This document shows, piece by piece, positions 51,119-64,000 of a stretch of DNA of 64,000 nucleotides (the first letter of the stretch is position 1; every line of letters starts with the position of its first letter). Source of the DNA: Botryllus schlosseri (lineage: Eukaryota); contig CM119384.1 of NCBI GenBank assembly GCA_051294905.1, positions 15,624,001 through 15,688,000 on the forward strand. The letters are read 5' to 3'. Both the position numbers and the translations under genes were made by a program. The notes under the pieces are model-generated. The model did no database searches. It was not told the origin of the DNA and saw only the letters and a list, made by a program, of their open reading frames with translations.

Positions 51119-52837
51119 CTGCCCACACCAATAAAGCGGCGCATCCATGCACGAAATACCATCAGTACACATAACATAGGCTGAGCTAGTAAAAAATCTA
51201 TGTTACACCACACCAAAGATATTTCCTTTGCGCTTGTCATGGTATAGAAAAACCGCCCCGAGGCAGTTTGTGTGGTGCATACCTCAATCATTCAAGAGAC
51301 TCGTGTGTCGCAAGTACAACTCCGACACGAAATTCCATTTTAAAAATATCACATGGTGCAACTATGATGTGACTTATATTTATTGATATCATAGCGAACA
51401 ATATAAATATAATCTGCATCAACACTACCCCTGCTGCAGCATTCGCAATCTCGTAGTGGAGCACACAGACCCAATATTGCGAAATGTGCGATTAATCGGT
51501 GCTATTCATCACTAGACCTTATGAGTCACGGTAACAAAACTAGAACGATTACACACTGAGACGTCTCGGTTGGGTAGGGTTGGAAGACCTCAGCGCTGGG
51601 ATCGTAGATTACTTCGAATTCGTTCCATGCACAAGCACACGAGAAATCAGTGAGCGTGTGTGTGTGCACGCGCGCACTTACGCTCACTCAAGGAGTCCGG
51701 AGCACAATGGGTGATTATTTGCAGTCGCCTTTCTGAAATAACTTCATGGCTATATTCTTAAAGTCTCTATATCCAACTCGGCATAACATTTTAAATTATC
51801 ATTAGCGGACGTAGCACTCCTACTCGCCTATAGTTGCCAATGTTTGAAACCATAACGAAAACGATACTGCATGAAAGCAAGCAATCAGACCGATCCCAAC
51901 AGCTGGAGTTGTCAGCAAAGGAGTTCATTATGGTATGGAGTTGCAGTCCAATCGCATCAATTATGGTCATGGTCAGCCTATCGGGCGGTATGCGCGTGTT
52001 GTTGTCTTAGTATTCATGGTGTTTCGATTACTATAGTTATTTACACCAGGCTGATATTTCTTATTATGAATCCTAACATGCCGACTTATAGCACGGCCCA
52101 CTGTCGTTATAGACTTTTGTAAGACACCGCTTACGCGGATACACGGGTAATTCACAAAGTTAAGTGGATTTGAGTTCTGATTCACTTTTTCAACGTACTC
52201 AAAAACCTTATTCGAATACAGCCCCAAACAGTCTGTTGTTTAGCACCGTAGACGAGTTCGTGATCTGCAAAGAGTTGCTTGACCAATCACGATCATCCGA
52301 TACGCTCGTGCGTATCAATAATTCACACACCGCTCCAAATTATTCAGCTCGACATAGTTTGAAATGTTTGCTATAATAGTGGTGCTCGCAATGATGAATG
52401 ATGGCCCACGATTGCAATGGCCCGGAGCTACACGTCATGATTGCATGTTGAAAGTTCGTGCTTTCTCGTAACGTTGAATGTGACTTATGCACATTGCATG
52501 GTTGCACGCCCCATTCTCGATGGCTTCGCTACCCCGCTTAACCTGAATTGAGGAATACGCATTTTATAGCCTTTTAAAAATGAAACTCAAATAACGCATT
52601 TCCGGTGTGTGACATCTAGCCTATGTTGTATAAGAATACGTTAGCGTCAGATGTGCACGGTTAGTCGGATATTGCAAGGTAACAATATACGTTCGCTGGG
52701 TATCTGGCAATAAGACGCCATACTTGTAAGGGAAATTTACGGAAAAACAAATATTCAAAAGACGTTGGTAAAAATTTTTTCCCGAAAATAAGCGACTCTT
52801 GTTCAAAATTGAACCACCTGTCATTGATGATGATTAC

Positions 52838-52992
52838 CCAGCGCATCAGATGCGATATCTGGACATAACAACTCTTGACTTCAGTGTGACTTCTACAAAG
52901 AATTTCAGAGATAGCATATCCCCATTTTTTGAATTTTCGATAAATATCAGATGCATATTCCGACGTATAGGTCATAGGTGGATGATCCAACA
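52838..52992 (-). CDS. Possible upstream exon (LDHPPMTYTSEYASDIYRKFKKWGYAISEILCRSHTEVKSCYVQISHLMRW)
   Basis: ctgtttcgtag acceptor, tgg|gtaatc donor. A phase-0 acceptor at 52543 continues VKRGSEAIENGACNHAMC. No domain recognised; may belong to a different gene. Confidence 0.45.
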
Positions 52993-54084
52993 CTACGAAA
53001 CAGAGCAGTGGGCGCACACATCATACGCCAGATTTATTCTGTTTTGAACACTTCAAGGTTACCATACAAAGAAATCCCAAAGTAATTACACAGCAGCACT
53101 GATATGTATATTGTACAATGTATATAATTAACAAGATATAGATTATGCAAAATATCATATACTTTTCACAGGTGTTACAAGCACGATCTAATTATTTCAA
53201 CGGGAGACTGACGCAAGTCGCTGAAGTTCCAAGTGAAATATAAGGCTATAGTATTATGCCCGAATTACTGTGCTATTGCATATGCTCGATTTGAAGTCGG
53301 AGATGAAGATCTTGAATAGACGTTCCCCGTGACCAAATACTTTAAATTGCATCACATACTGCAGCTTCAACATATACATGCCGTATTACGTACAATGTAC
53401 ATTTGTACAATGTACATCTACAAGCCCACTCTGGTTGCCTCAAAATGTAGGCTACAAGACGCAAGTTCCTGAATAGGTGTGCCTTCTTGACATAAATAAG
53501 CAGTAAGCGCCTTACATATCAACCAACTATCAGTACCACTACTTATTACTTAGCACCAGCATTGGTAAATGCGCTTTCCGGCTAGGTCAGTGAGCAGAAT
53601 CTGCATGAGTAATGAGGTTATGTTATGAATGTGTTATGAACCACGGCACGATATTGCGTACAACCGCTTGTAATCGTGGATGTAGGCTATATCTATGTAA
53701 TACAGAAACTTCAGATATTGAGCAATTATACATTGAGAAATTAGACTATCAGGATTGCCAGCTTCATTTTCCATTGTGCGGAAGCAGTAAATCAATAATT
53801 AGATACATGCGAAACACAATTGGATATGCCAGGAATATTTAATAGGTAGGCTATTTGGCTATTCGAAGTGCATTGCCAGTTCATCATGAACTCGTGATGA
53901 AATAGTCTGAATGCCCCGAGGTAACAAGGGAATATAGCCATATACATTAATAAGCACCATATACTTCGTACCAATGAATGTGCTAACGACTAGCAGACCT
54001 TATTATTTTACTTATTCCCCTGATGATTTCACAGCTATGAAAGCCGTATCGTTAAGCTGGTTGAGTGCTGCAGACAGGTTGCTG

Positions 54085-54683
54085 GCGAGATTGGCCCTCG
54101 TTACCATATGATCAGGACTGAATATAAGAAAACGCATTGCTCTATCAAGTATGCCGGACCCCAATTGTGGAACAGCATCTCGCCGGCTATCCGACAGTCG
54201 TCGAGCATGTCCGCATTCAAGTCGAAATACAAGCAATTTCTTTTAAATGAATACTAGCCAGCCTTCAGGATTACCGGACCACGACCTAACATCGACCTCG
54301 CCCTCCGCCACATGCCACCTCATTTTGTCGCTTGCGTCTTATATTCTCTGCATTACTTTCATTCAGTGTGCATGCATGCCTCTCATTTACCTCGCCTAGG
54401 TTAAGGTCTGTGTCTGATCTTAAAGGCTACTCCAAGTTGTTTCGACACCTTCCTATCTTTTCATTGTATCGCAGTCTTGTGATGTTTTGAAACGATGAAA
54501 ATATTAATAAACCTGATTGATTGATTCAGTGTGCATGCCTCCTCTTTACATCGCCTAGGCCAAAGTGGATGTCTGATTCCATAGACTACTCCCAGTCGCT
54601 TGGACACCTTCCTATCTTTTCATTGTATCGCATTTTGTGGTGTATGTATTGAACTGATGAAAATTGCTAATAAACCAATGATG
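54085..54683 (+). mobile_element. 5'-truncated LINE (CR1/L2 group) with a duplicated 3' UTR; another UTR fragment lies near 61145-61215
   Basis: SIKYAGPQLWNSISPAIRQSSSMSAFKSKYKQFLLNEY* is a typical ORF2 C-terminus; the UTR block repeats at about 54360-54510 and 54525-54680. Confidence 0.8.
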
Positions 54684-54808
54684 AAAGTTAAATCACATCG
54701 AAGTCTGTACTATTCCTTTCCTAGCGTACACTGAACCTTATTTACGGTACGAACATCATATCTAATGCCAGTAACGCTTCCTTTGATATTATGGGTTCTA
54801 TACCAATA

Positions 54809-54908
54809 CCGAGACATTACCGAGAATGGACATTACCGAGAACGGTCATTACCGAGAATGGACACCACCGAGAATGGACATTACCGAGAATGGCCATTGC
54901 CAAGAACC
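54809..54908. repeat. 16-bp tandem repeat (ccgagaatggacatta), about 6 copies
   Basis: Seen directly; abuts the truncated family A copy. Confidence 0.85.
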
Positions 54909-54949
54909 TACCTTACCGAGACGGACGTTGTCGAGAAATTTATATCTGA

Positions 54950-55372
54950 CTCGAGTGACTAGAACTAGAACCAAGTCATATGATTCGAGACTAGGACGGC
55001 CAAGACATAAATTTCATTGTTACTTCGAACAATAGTAAAGTCACAACATTGTTAGTATTTCGTCTAACGGCAATAACACTTGGAATATTGGGCTAGAAAC
55101 TGTAAGGACTGAGGAAAATTACGATACTATTAATGCGAGCCATCACTCGAGCAGAGTTGGAAAAAGTGGGTTGAGCCGGATTGAATTAAAAACGGAACAG
55201 TGAACACAATGAATTGGACACCGACTCGAGTCATACCACTATGACTCTGATTCGACCCTCTACTCACTGACTTGGACTTGACTCGATGCTGAATTGAAAA
55301 TAGACTCGAGTCAAAACTAAAAAAGCGAGATTTACTTGTGACTCAAAACCCTGTGAATTGGTTACAACCCTG
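54950..55372. mobile_element. Family A hAT element truncated at one end
   Basis: Homologous to 33687-34244 from the gtcatatga motif onward; ends ttggttacaaccctg. Confidence 0.8.
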
Positions 55373-57455
55373 TCATACACCAAACTTCTGGGGGACGAAG
55401 CATCCCAGACCTCCTTCACGACGGGCTTTTTTTACCACTAACAAAAAAGCACGTTTTTTACTGTTAAATAGAATATGTCTGTGTATGCGTAGTCGGGCAA
55501 AGCGCGTATAAATTTCAAAGAAAGGATTGAATTATGTCTATAATATTGGTAATTGCATAAATTGCTAATAATTTTTCATCGTCTCCCAGTTCATGTGATC
55601 AGATTTACTGGTGGAGCTGAGGGAGGTGGTGACTTCAGATAGCATGCAAAATTTCAAGAATAATTAAAATCTGTCAAAAATTCGGGAGTGAATTTGTAGT
55701 TTCAATTTGCATGTCGACGGCCGCCAACACATACTAATTGAATTACGTGTCGACGGCCGCACAAATTCCCTTTTACGGCCGCAGGCTGCCCAGTGCTCAC
55801 CCCTGGTTTCGACCAACACGTGGACGTAATTTTCGGCCAATGTATTATTTGGTAACACACTTCGCGAAGTCGCATGTTGGCGGAAACTGCATAAGTATTT
55901 GTGTTTCGTGGAGGGGTAAGGGCCGGCGATGAAACGCCTATTTTTTTTTTATAAATGATGCGTATATTTTTCTATGGGAGCTGTGGCTACTCATATTGAA
56001 AAGTAGATATTCAATTTCACGAAATCTACAACAAAATACTCGATAATAATTTATGTTGATTTGCGAAATAATTTTGAGCCCCCCCCTTCGAGCTCGGGTC
56101 CCCACCAATTGGGGGTTTGGGGTGCTGCCCTGATCGTTGGTGTGGCTATCGTGATGAGCACCGAAAATATGACAAAATGAGGACATAAGCCAAAAAGGAC
56201 AGATCTTATAAATATGACGATGTAGTTTTAACGCGGGCCTTTTATAGGGCCCAGACTAGTTCGCGTACCCCCAAGTGGTACGTGGACCCCTGACTTAGTT
56301 GGTAAAGCCACCTCAATCGACGCGAGAGACCCGGTTCGAGTCTTGGCAGTAGCACATTTCGAAGTGTCGAAGGTTTGTCTGGGCTCCTCCTCCCTACGTC
56401 GCCGTTCTTGCGACGTTTTTACAAAGATGTCCAGAGAAGGACCCGGTGAAGCACGACTGAGTAAAGGCGAAGGAATAGAGCAAGGAAAGTCGCCTCTAAG
56501 GAAAGACATCCCGAACATCCAATTCGAACACTGCTACATCGGACAATATATTGTCGAGGCGGATGTTGGATTGAGAGATCTATTTGGTCGTTTCGAAGTC
56601 CTCCTATCTATTCATTATAGCGCATTGTGTCTTGTGCATCGCATTGTACATTGTGTGCCTTGAGCGGAAAAATAATAGAACCGCCGATTAGTTATGTTGT
56701 TCTCACGAGTAGGCCTATAACGATTAACTAACCATTGTTTTATGTGAAACAGACCGTAAAAACCCTCTTCGCATATAGATAAGTTGCTGTGGCAGGTAGT
56801 CATGACAGCAATACGTCGATGCCATTTTTAGTTAGCACTGGACGTGTTTCCAACTGAGATGTCCGATCATCCTGTCATGTTTATGCTCACGTAATACTCA
56901 TATCAGTTTTACACTTGCATTCGTGAACATGGCGCATTATTGGCCTGCTGGTGGCGTTTCGTAGCATTTTAATGGCAGTAGACCTACACGTGAAAGCTAT
57001 CTGCCCATTGTCATCAGTCTATGTTTGCTTTATCACTAATGAAACTCGTAAAACACTTCCCCGTATAGATTAGAGCGGAGCATGGATTTGAGCCTTATTG
57101 CAAGTTTGCAACTCGGCCAAATTTGGATCATTTGGACCGGAGCCGGATTGTAGCTTAAGTCACAGCTTTGACAGCATGACATGAACCGCATCGGAGTCAG
57201 AGGGGCGTCTCTAATGAGCATGAGCATGGCATCGACTGCTCAGTGCTCATGCCCAGACCCGTAGCTATATGTTAGCTTACGGAAGTGTAGAGGCGGTTCA
57301 TTCGAGATCCAACACACACATCTACACACACAATGGATTGGAATCAGCGGCGGCCCGGGTTCAAGTCCCGCCATCGGAGGTTATTCTAGGCCAGGGTTCT
57401 TCAAGCTTTTTCGTCTTGGTACACCCTTTTGACGTATACTGAAAACTAGTACACC

Positions 57456-58299
57456 AAGTGTTGGGATCAAGTCACTACCTTCGAGTCACGAGTAATTTCG
57501 AGTCATTGCACATTTTGACTCGAGTCAAGTCAAGTCAATCGATTTTCGAAGGTGACTCGAGTCAAGTCAAGTCACTCAATTTTTGGAGGTGACTCGAGTC
57601 AAGTCGAGTCAAGTCAAGTCAAGTCACGAGTCAAGTCACAATTCAAGTCAAATTGCCTTTTCGAGGTATGAGGCATGATTACGTCATTGCATTTTGCTAG
57701 CTGTCTGAAATAGGGATTGAGTGGTCATTGATTTTGAACCGATGAACGAATATAGAGTTAAATATAGACGCAAGTAAGGCGCTGTATCGCTCACATATAG
57801 GCTACGTAGAGCTGCTAGACTACGTAAGTAATTGCATAGCCTCAGTTTATAGTTACCAGTCAAAATAGAGGATAGAGAACAAAAGGTTTGGTTTGGTTAA
57901 GAACACAGAACAGTAATAGACATTTTGCCATTACATTACTTTACTATACTATACTATACTAGAGTTTATGACAACGTAAGCTGTAAGCTTCGATCACTTT
58001 ATTTGCGGTCAATATATTTGTGAGAGAACAATGAAGTCTCAGTAAAACGCACGATCATTGAATGATTTTTGGTCGCTCTCACGGGTTACATTAGCGTTGC
58101 GCAAACAATACGAACATATGCAAGATATGGTGATTTTTATCGACACCGATTACTTGATGACTTGAAATTGACTCTGATACGCCGAGTCAAGTCAAGTCAA
58201 GTCATTTTAGCAAGATGACTCGAGTCAAGTCAAGTCATACGAAAAAAGTGACTTGAGTCTGACTCGAGTCAAGTCATGACTCGAGTCATCCCAACACTG
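57456..58299. mobile_element. hAT-like element with (GAGTC/AAGTC)n arrays (TIR CAGTGTTGGGAT)
   Basis: Inverted ends aagtgttgggat / atcccaacactg; degenerate TSD. Confidence 0.75.
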
Positions 58300-58710
58300 A
58301 GTCCCCTGACCACATATTACACCGATTCCGTAATAAGTCTTGGATTCAGGGATGATCAACCTTTTTGCGATATACAGTCACATTTCGATTACATATAGCA
58401 GGTGTGGGCAGACTAGCTTCATGCGCGAGCCGCATGTCAAAAATATTAGCTTGAAATGAGCCACAACACAACACAGTAATACGAATTTATGACGTGACAA
58501 TGAAATGTAGGCTATCGAACGAAGTTTATTATTGTGTGGTTAAGCTATAGAGTACTCAAAGTACATACTGGTTAAACTATGCGTCTCCACCTGGGCTGCA
58601 AGGTGTTTGAGATCAGGATGATATGACGCCTAAGCAGTGTTGAGCAATGAGCAGTTCCTTCAAATGTTGATGGCAAGGCCGAACTCAGCAGTTATTGCTA
58701 GCCTTTACAA

Positions 58711-60571
58711 CAAGGGTCGGCAACCTACGGCCCGCGGGCCGGATCCGGCCCGCCAAGCGAAATCGTCCGGCCCGCGACGAAATGATTATAGTTACCACAA
58801 GAATACGGCCCGCCGTTTCGTAATGAGTTCCAATCTGCAATGCAGCACTGCTTCGAAAAATGTCAAAATTTATAATGTTTTCTTCCACTTACTGATGATG
58901 ATTACGGAACATGTAATTCACGCACCTACGGGGCTCGTTCACTTTCGGACCAAACTCAGTACAGCGTTATGGAGAAAAAGGGTTTTTGGTCCGAAAGTGA
59001 ACGAGCCCGGTTCGTCATATTCCGATTTTAGAATCAGGCTGCTGCGTGAGTCGCAGAATACCACTTTTTAAATGTTAATCACCTTAATAGCTCTCAGAGA
59101 AACGCAGAGATACCTCAAATGTTACTGGCGGTACTGAACTTGAATATTGCTCTCAGAACCACATTCACAACAGCAGAATCCATCACCTCAAAGATCCCCC
59201 GTGTGCCCCCATCAATGAGTTAACGGCACAATAACAAGCACAAAGAGTAGGCCTATATATGCAATCCTAAAATATTAAATAAAATACCGCTAATTGTCTG
59301 TGTTTTGTATGATTTGATTTTCTCTTGTCAATTTATTATGACTACCGGAGTACCGGTACAGCTGTTAGCGATCCTTTTTATTATTGCATTGTTACGTCAT
59401 ATTTTGCCAATTTGGTTTTCGTAGGTTTTCGTAGTAAGCTCCTCTTGTGTCGCTAACTCCTGACAAGGCGCACGCGAAAAGCCTTTGAGTCAATATGTTC
59501 CACTGTAATGAATGCAGACCCAAAAGCAATAGTAAAGATAGGCCTACCCCAATAAGCATTGCTTTGTCACGTATATTTCAAACACAAGAACAACGAAACA
59601 TATAGCACTTCAACTACAAGAAGCTGTTCGGCATTCCAAGCAATATGCGTTCTGCTGAAGTTTTCTGTGTCTTGGGCAAACCCGTCGGTTGCAAGTGTCA
59701 CTGGCAAAACGGGTACATGCTTTGTTACGTCGAGATGCTTGCACGAGTGTATGAACTGAGAAATGAAATAGCAACTTTCCTTGAAAATACAAACATCGCC
59801 GACTCATAATCTTGTCATCGAAAATGGGTATCTAATCTTGCTTTCGTAGAACATTTAACGTCACATCTAAACAAATTGAATTTGCAACTTCAGGGGGAAA
59901 CAACTAAATAAGCTCACTTTCCCATACTGGAGGAGAGTAAACCTACCAGCACTATACATTTGTAACTGTGATATAACAAATTTAATTAATGAATTTCCAT
60001 CCACTTTTCCGACATTCGTTCTGTACAAAATAAATTCTGACTACCCAGTACTCAAATGGGCCCATTTGAAATGCCATGCAGTTGAATTGAATGACAAATT
60101 TCATACAAAGAGCATATCGCTGATCGACTTTGACAAAGAGTACGTTCTTGAAACGGGTCTTCATCCCAGCTTGACCAACAATGCAAAGGAAATAGCATCG
60201 ACTTTTGGTAGCACGTGCGCATGTGAACAATAGTTTTCAACAATGAAATTCACGAAGAGCAAGCTAAGATCACGTATCCCAACGCACATTCTGAATATGG
60301 CCTGATTCTAGCTTCATCTGACTTGTTGCCAGAAGTTGAAAATCTATCACAAAGCAAGCTGCGCCAAGTGTCACATTTATCCTGCGTTGTTGAAGTGTAA
60401 ATACATGTGTTTTGCTCTTTTTGTGATTTGTATGATTGAGATTGCAGCATTGTAGGGTAATATAGCGACGTGACTGTTAACTATAGTATTAAGAAAAATT
60501 CCGGTCCGGCCCGCCAAAATGTTGTGCACCTGAAATTTGGCCCGCGACTAGCAAAAGGTTGCCGACCCCTG
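58711..60571 (+). mobile_element. hAT (Charlie/Buster-type) deletion derivative, 1861 bp
   Basis: TIR CA[A/G]GGGTCGGCAAC; perfect TSD CTTTACAA; internal transposase remnants. Confidence 0.9.
59730..60380 (+). pseudogene. Decayed hAT transposase C-terminal region (GTF2IRD2/Buster-like), including the dimerisation domain
   Basis: MLARVYELRNEIATFLE, KWVSNLAFVEHLTSHLNKLNLQLQGE and IASTFGSTCACEQ*FSTMKFTKSKLRSRI, with stops and frameshifts. Confidence 0.85.
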
Positions 60572-62130
60572 CTTTACAATGTAAATGGAAGAGCTGAGCT
60601 GGAGTGTTCACTATTGCTAGCCCGGAAATGATTGTGACCTGTGCTGGCGTATAGTTAATTATCAAGTTTAAGGTTGAACACAAAGGGTTTATTATTGAAT
60701 GATGACCAGGCATCCATCGTTGTGCGTGGAACATGTCTGTGAACTCGATTCGAGAGTTCAATTACAAATATCTAACTCTGTGATGCCGCCTTCCCCTAAA
60801 TTGTACAAGTTTTGAGTAAACCATAAGGAAAGAAACAACACGATAAAATACTCATATTGTTAATACGGGGTGGAATGCATCAATTTATAATCATGTTAAA
60901 CCTCTCTAGCAAAATGGCGAAACGCGACATGTGCACTGCATGTGCATTGTGCATGTGCAATCATTAAAGAGCCGCAATCAAAGGCTGAAAGAGCCACATG
61001 CGACTCGCGAGCCGCAGTTGGCCCACCCCTCTCATATAGCATATACGGTTGCATTCAGCGGACAGTCGTCATGGCCCATCTGGACGACAAATAGCCTACT
61101 CATGCTAAATTTACTATATGGGAACTTTGCGTCTGATTTCGAAGACTACTCCAAGTCGTTTCGACACCTTCCTATGTTTCATTGTATCTATTGTCTTTCG
61201 GTGTATTAAAATGATCAAATTGTTAGCAATAAATTGAATTGGATAGCTCTAGTGGCGTTCGGTGCTATCATTGATTTCTCGAGATACACCTTGAGTATAA
61301 AAGTTTCTTATTGTAGAAGCAGAACATCCCCACAGACTTTCTATAATGTGCCAAAATCATGAGAATATATGTTAGGAAATGTTATTGGAATTCGATCCGT
61401 TTCTGGTTTATAGAATTTATATTTCAACATCTTGAATGAATTTCGTCGATATTATTGGTAGTTTCATATATTACTGTCCAATATTGATCAATTATCAGCC
61501 CACGTGATCAGATTAACAGGTATAGTACTGATGAAGGGGTATCTTCGAACAATTTGCTAAACTTCGAAACATTTTTAGATTGAATTAAAATTTCTCATCG
61601 ATTTGGGAACCAATTGCTAAATTCAAATTGCATATTGACGGCCGTCAACACCCGCATAATTATTGTTTCGCCGCAGCACGTATTGGCTTGATCGCAGTCA
61701 AAATAAGCGAGACTGCACCATTGTGCAACACAGTGCATGGTTCTCAAACTGGACCCCCGAGACCCAGTTGGCTACGCCCCTGCAATTATCTACACTGCGC
61801 TATTTATCTAGTTATATACATCTCGCAGGAAGTACCATTTCCACATGTTTGAGCTATCCCAGCGGTTTTCTAGAGAATCACTTTCACTATACACAGATAT
61901 CGCAAGCGGAACAAATGTTAACTTGACCCTGCTCGATTCCAAAACCTATAAGAACATTGCCAACGGTTAAATGATGAGAAGCATTTGCTTATGGCATCAC
62001 AAAAGGAATGCAATTTACAAGCTGCGAACAATTGATAGGAACATTTTACGACGTTACAAATCCGATCCATTGTAATGCGGATCTGGTACACCCCAGCAGA
62101 CCCCACTCGAGTGTACTATACACCCTAGGG

Positions 62131-63164
62131 CAGGGGTGACCAACATACGGCCTAACGGCATCATGTGGCCGTAAAAGAAAACATGTGCGGCCGTGGACAC
62201 GTAGCTCAATTAGTATGTGTTGGTGGCCGTCGAATTTGAATTTACGAATTGACTCCCGATTTCGTGAGAGATTTTGATTAATCTTGAAATTTTCTTCGCG
62301 CCGCGTGCGATTCAGTTAGACTTCATATTTCAATTTTAATATAGTAGCGTCATCTGCAATCAGAGCCCCACATTGCAGATGTGAACAGCAGAGGAAAATG
62401 ATGCGTGTCATATAGAAATACCAACTCAGAATCGTGTGCTCCTCCCTATACCGACAACCCCGATGGGAGGCCAAGAAATAAGAGCATGCAACGAAGCGCC
62501 TAATAACAATTGGCCCAGGTAAAGATGCATCATCAATCCATCATTTATAACTTGCCCACAATTTTCGAAAACACCCTCTCCATCAACTCTACCGGCGAAT
62601 CTGATCAAATGGGCTGAGAAGGGATGAATGTTTGATAGTAATATGTAAAAATACTAATATTAATGACGAAATTCATCTGTGAATCTGTAAAATTTCTCGC
62701 GCTTGGCGCGACTATGAACAATCCCATAACATGACCAGTAAGGCTGTTCAATAAAAAACCTTTTTCCTGAATCTTGCTGGCTTCGTGAATAAATCGTTAG
62801 GTTGCCTTAAAAAGTGATGCTCTCCAAATTTGAATTCCTTCCAACCGGTAATCGCGGATTTCGTTCAGTTTGAAAATTTTGAATTTACCCAAAACTGCAA
62901 AGAAAAAAAATTTCAAATTTTTCTTTCAACCACATGGAATTGTTGCGCTGTCTTCAAAAGGGATGCAAAACAAATCTGACTCAATTCCAACCCGTAGAAG
63001 CGGGTTTATTAGAGTTTTTCTTTGATAATTCTGGGATTATCCTTGATCCGTGGGTATTTGGCGTTCAGCTATAGTTCATTACGATTATGCCCCGGAATGT
63101 GGCCGTAGTCTACATGGGTAGTCGAAATGCAGCCGTGAATGGCATAAAAGGTTGGCCATCCCTG
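62131..63164. mobile_element. Charlie-like element with a family-F-related interior
   Basis: caggggtgaccaac...gttggccatccctg; TSD CCCTAGGG/ACCCAGGG (6/8). Confidence 0.7.
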
Positions 63165-63982
63165 ACCCAGGGTGTGTAATATACCCTGTTGAAGAGCCCT
63201 GTTCTATGCTCCCCGTCCTCCTTGTCACTGTTCTTACGGCGACCAAAAAGCCTAGTAAAAGACCCAATGAAGAAGGAAAAGAGCAAGAAATAGGGTCTAA
63301 AACAGTGATTCTCAACCAGGTGACCCCTAAGGGTCAGCGAAGCAATTTCAGCGGATCCGCGAAATCTCCAAATTTGCAAAATGTTTGATAGACAATTTGT
63401 ATTTTTTTAAATTAGAAAAATCACGAAGCAGTTTTGCTTCATAACTGCTAAAACTTCAGGACTCACAAAAACAGAATGGCCGTATGCAATGAAATATCCT
63501 ACTGTGTAACCTCCTTTTAATTGCCAATAGCCTACTGATAGAAGTATATTTCTGTTTAGAGATGTTTTGTTGGGGTTTTGGAATAAGTACGTTTGCAAAA
63601 AAGTCCATTTTCTCCTGTGATATACACATAACCGCTATTCAAGAATAACTTAAAGATGAGCTGTTAGATAGAATTGACTATAGGCTGGACGTTATATTGG
63701 TGCCATATATGTAGTGATCATACCCAAAGGTGTCATCGGAAGCGTTACGCGTTATTATTGTTACATTCGCCACCACCTATCTTCGTGAAAATTATTGGAT
63801 TTTGGCACGTGTTCATGTCAAATAGACGGCGCGGATTTTCGAGACACGGCAGTGTATTTCAAGAAATGCAGCCACAGAATTTGCTTTGAAATAACTAAAG
63901 TCTTCCCAATTTCTACATAAATAGTATGATTTTATTTTAAAAAAAGCTCATTATTGTTTATATTTATCAGTTAAAAATAGCT

Positions 63983-64000
63983 CAGTGGTTCCCAACGTGG
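63983..64000. mobile_element. Left end of another CAGTGGTTCCCAAC element, cut by the window edge
   Basis: Identical to the start of the 37600 element. Confidence 0.7.

Larger units (their letters stand above)
58399..61031. mobile_element. Charlie-like element hosting the transposase-bearing copy
   Basis: caggtgtgggca...ggcccacccctc; TSD ACATATAG/TCATATAG (7/8); gagccgca subterminal motifs. Confidence 0.75.

Noticed and set aside
51973-52227. NSNPLNFVNYPC as a PR/SET-domain motif (which would make the gene a PRDM)
   Set aside because: Only superficial similarity. The flanking FGP and ELLVWY motifs were not found, and the frame is not clearly linked to neighbouring exons.
56285-56355. tRNA-like A/B boxes (tagttggtaaag, ggttcgagtc); an isolated B box also near 57360
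   Set aside because: No cloverleaf could be built; at best degenerate SINE heads, too weak to call.

Overview
Eukaryotic (metazoan, probably marine invertebrate; species not assignable from sequence) genomic DNA, read with the standard code and GT-AG introns. No prokaryotic features (operons, CRISPR) are supported. Three protein-coding loci are visible. (1) The terminal exon of a sphingosine-1-phosphate phosphatase (SGPP-like) gene on + at 2939-3233. (2) An intronless, divergent heparan-sulfate 3-O-sulfotransferase (HS3ST-like) gene on - at 8513-9640. (3) A very large multi-exon C2H2 zinc-finger gene on -: 16 frame-consistent exons from 31891 to 15128 encode about 1,700 aa, and further probable upstream exons extend to about 53 kb. 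Its product has six fingers, PxDLS-like motifs and an acidic 8-aa repeat. Introns and intergenic DNA are packed with non-autonomous hAT-type DNA transposons, many with intact 8-bp target-site duplications (TSDs) and repeatedly nested, including one three-level nest. Also present are a decayed hAT transposase, a 649-bp foldback palindrome, CR1/L2-like LINE 3' ends and a tRNA-derived SINE. Exon boundaries are my manual splice-phase reconstruction, not transcript-verified. I found no clearly novel biological system; the most notable items are the nested transposons, the intronic foldback and the divergent sulfotransferase.
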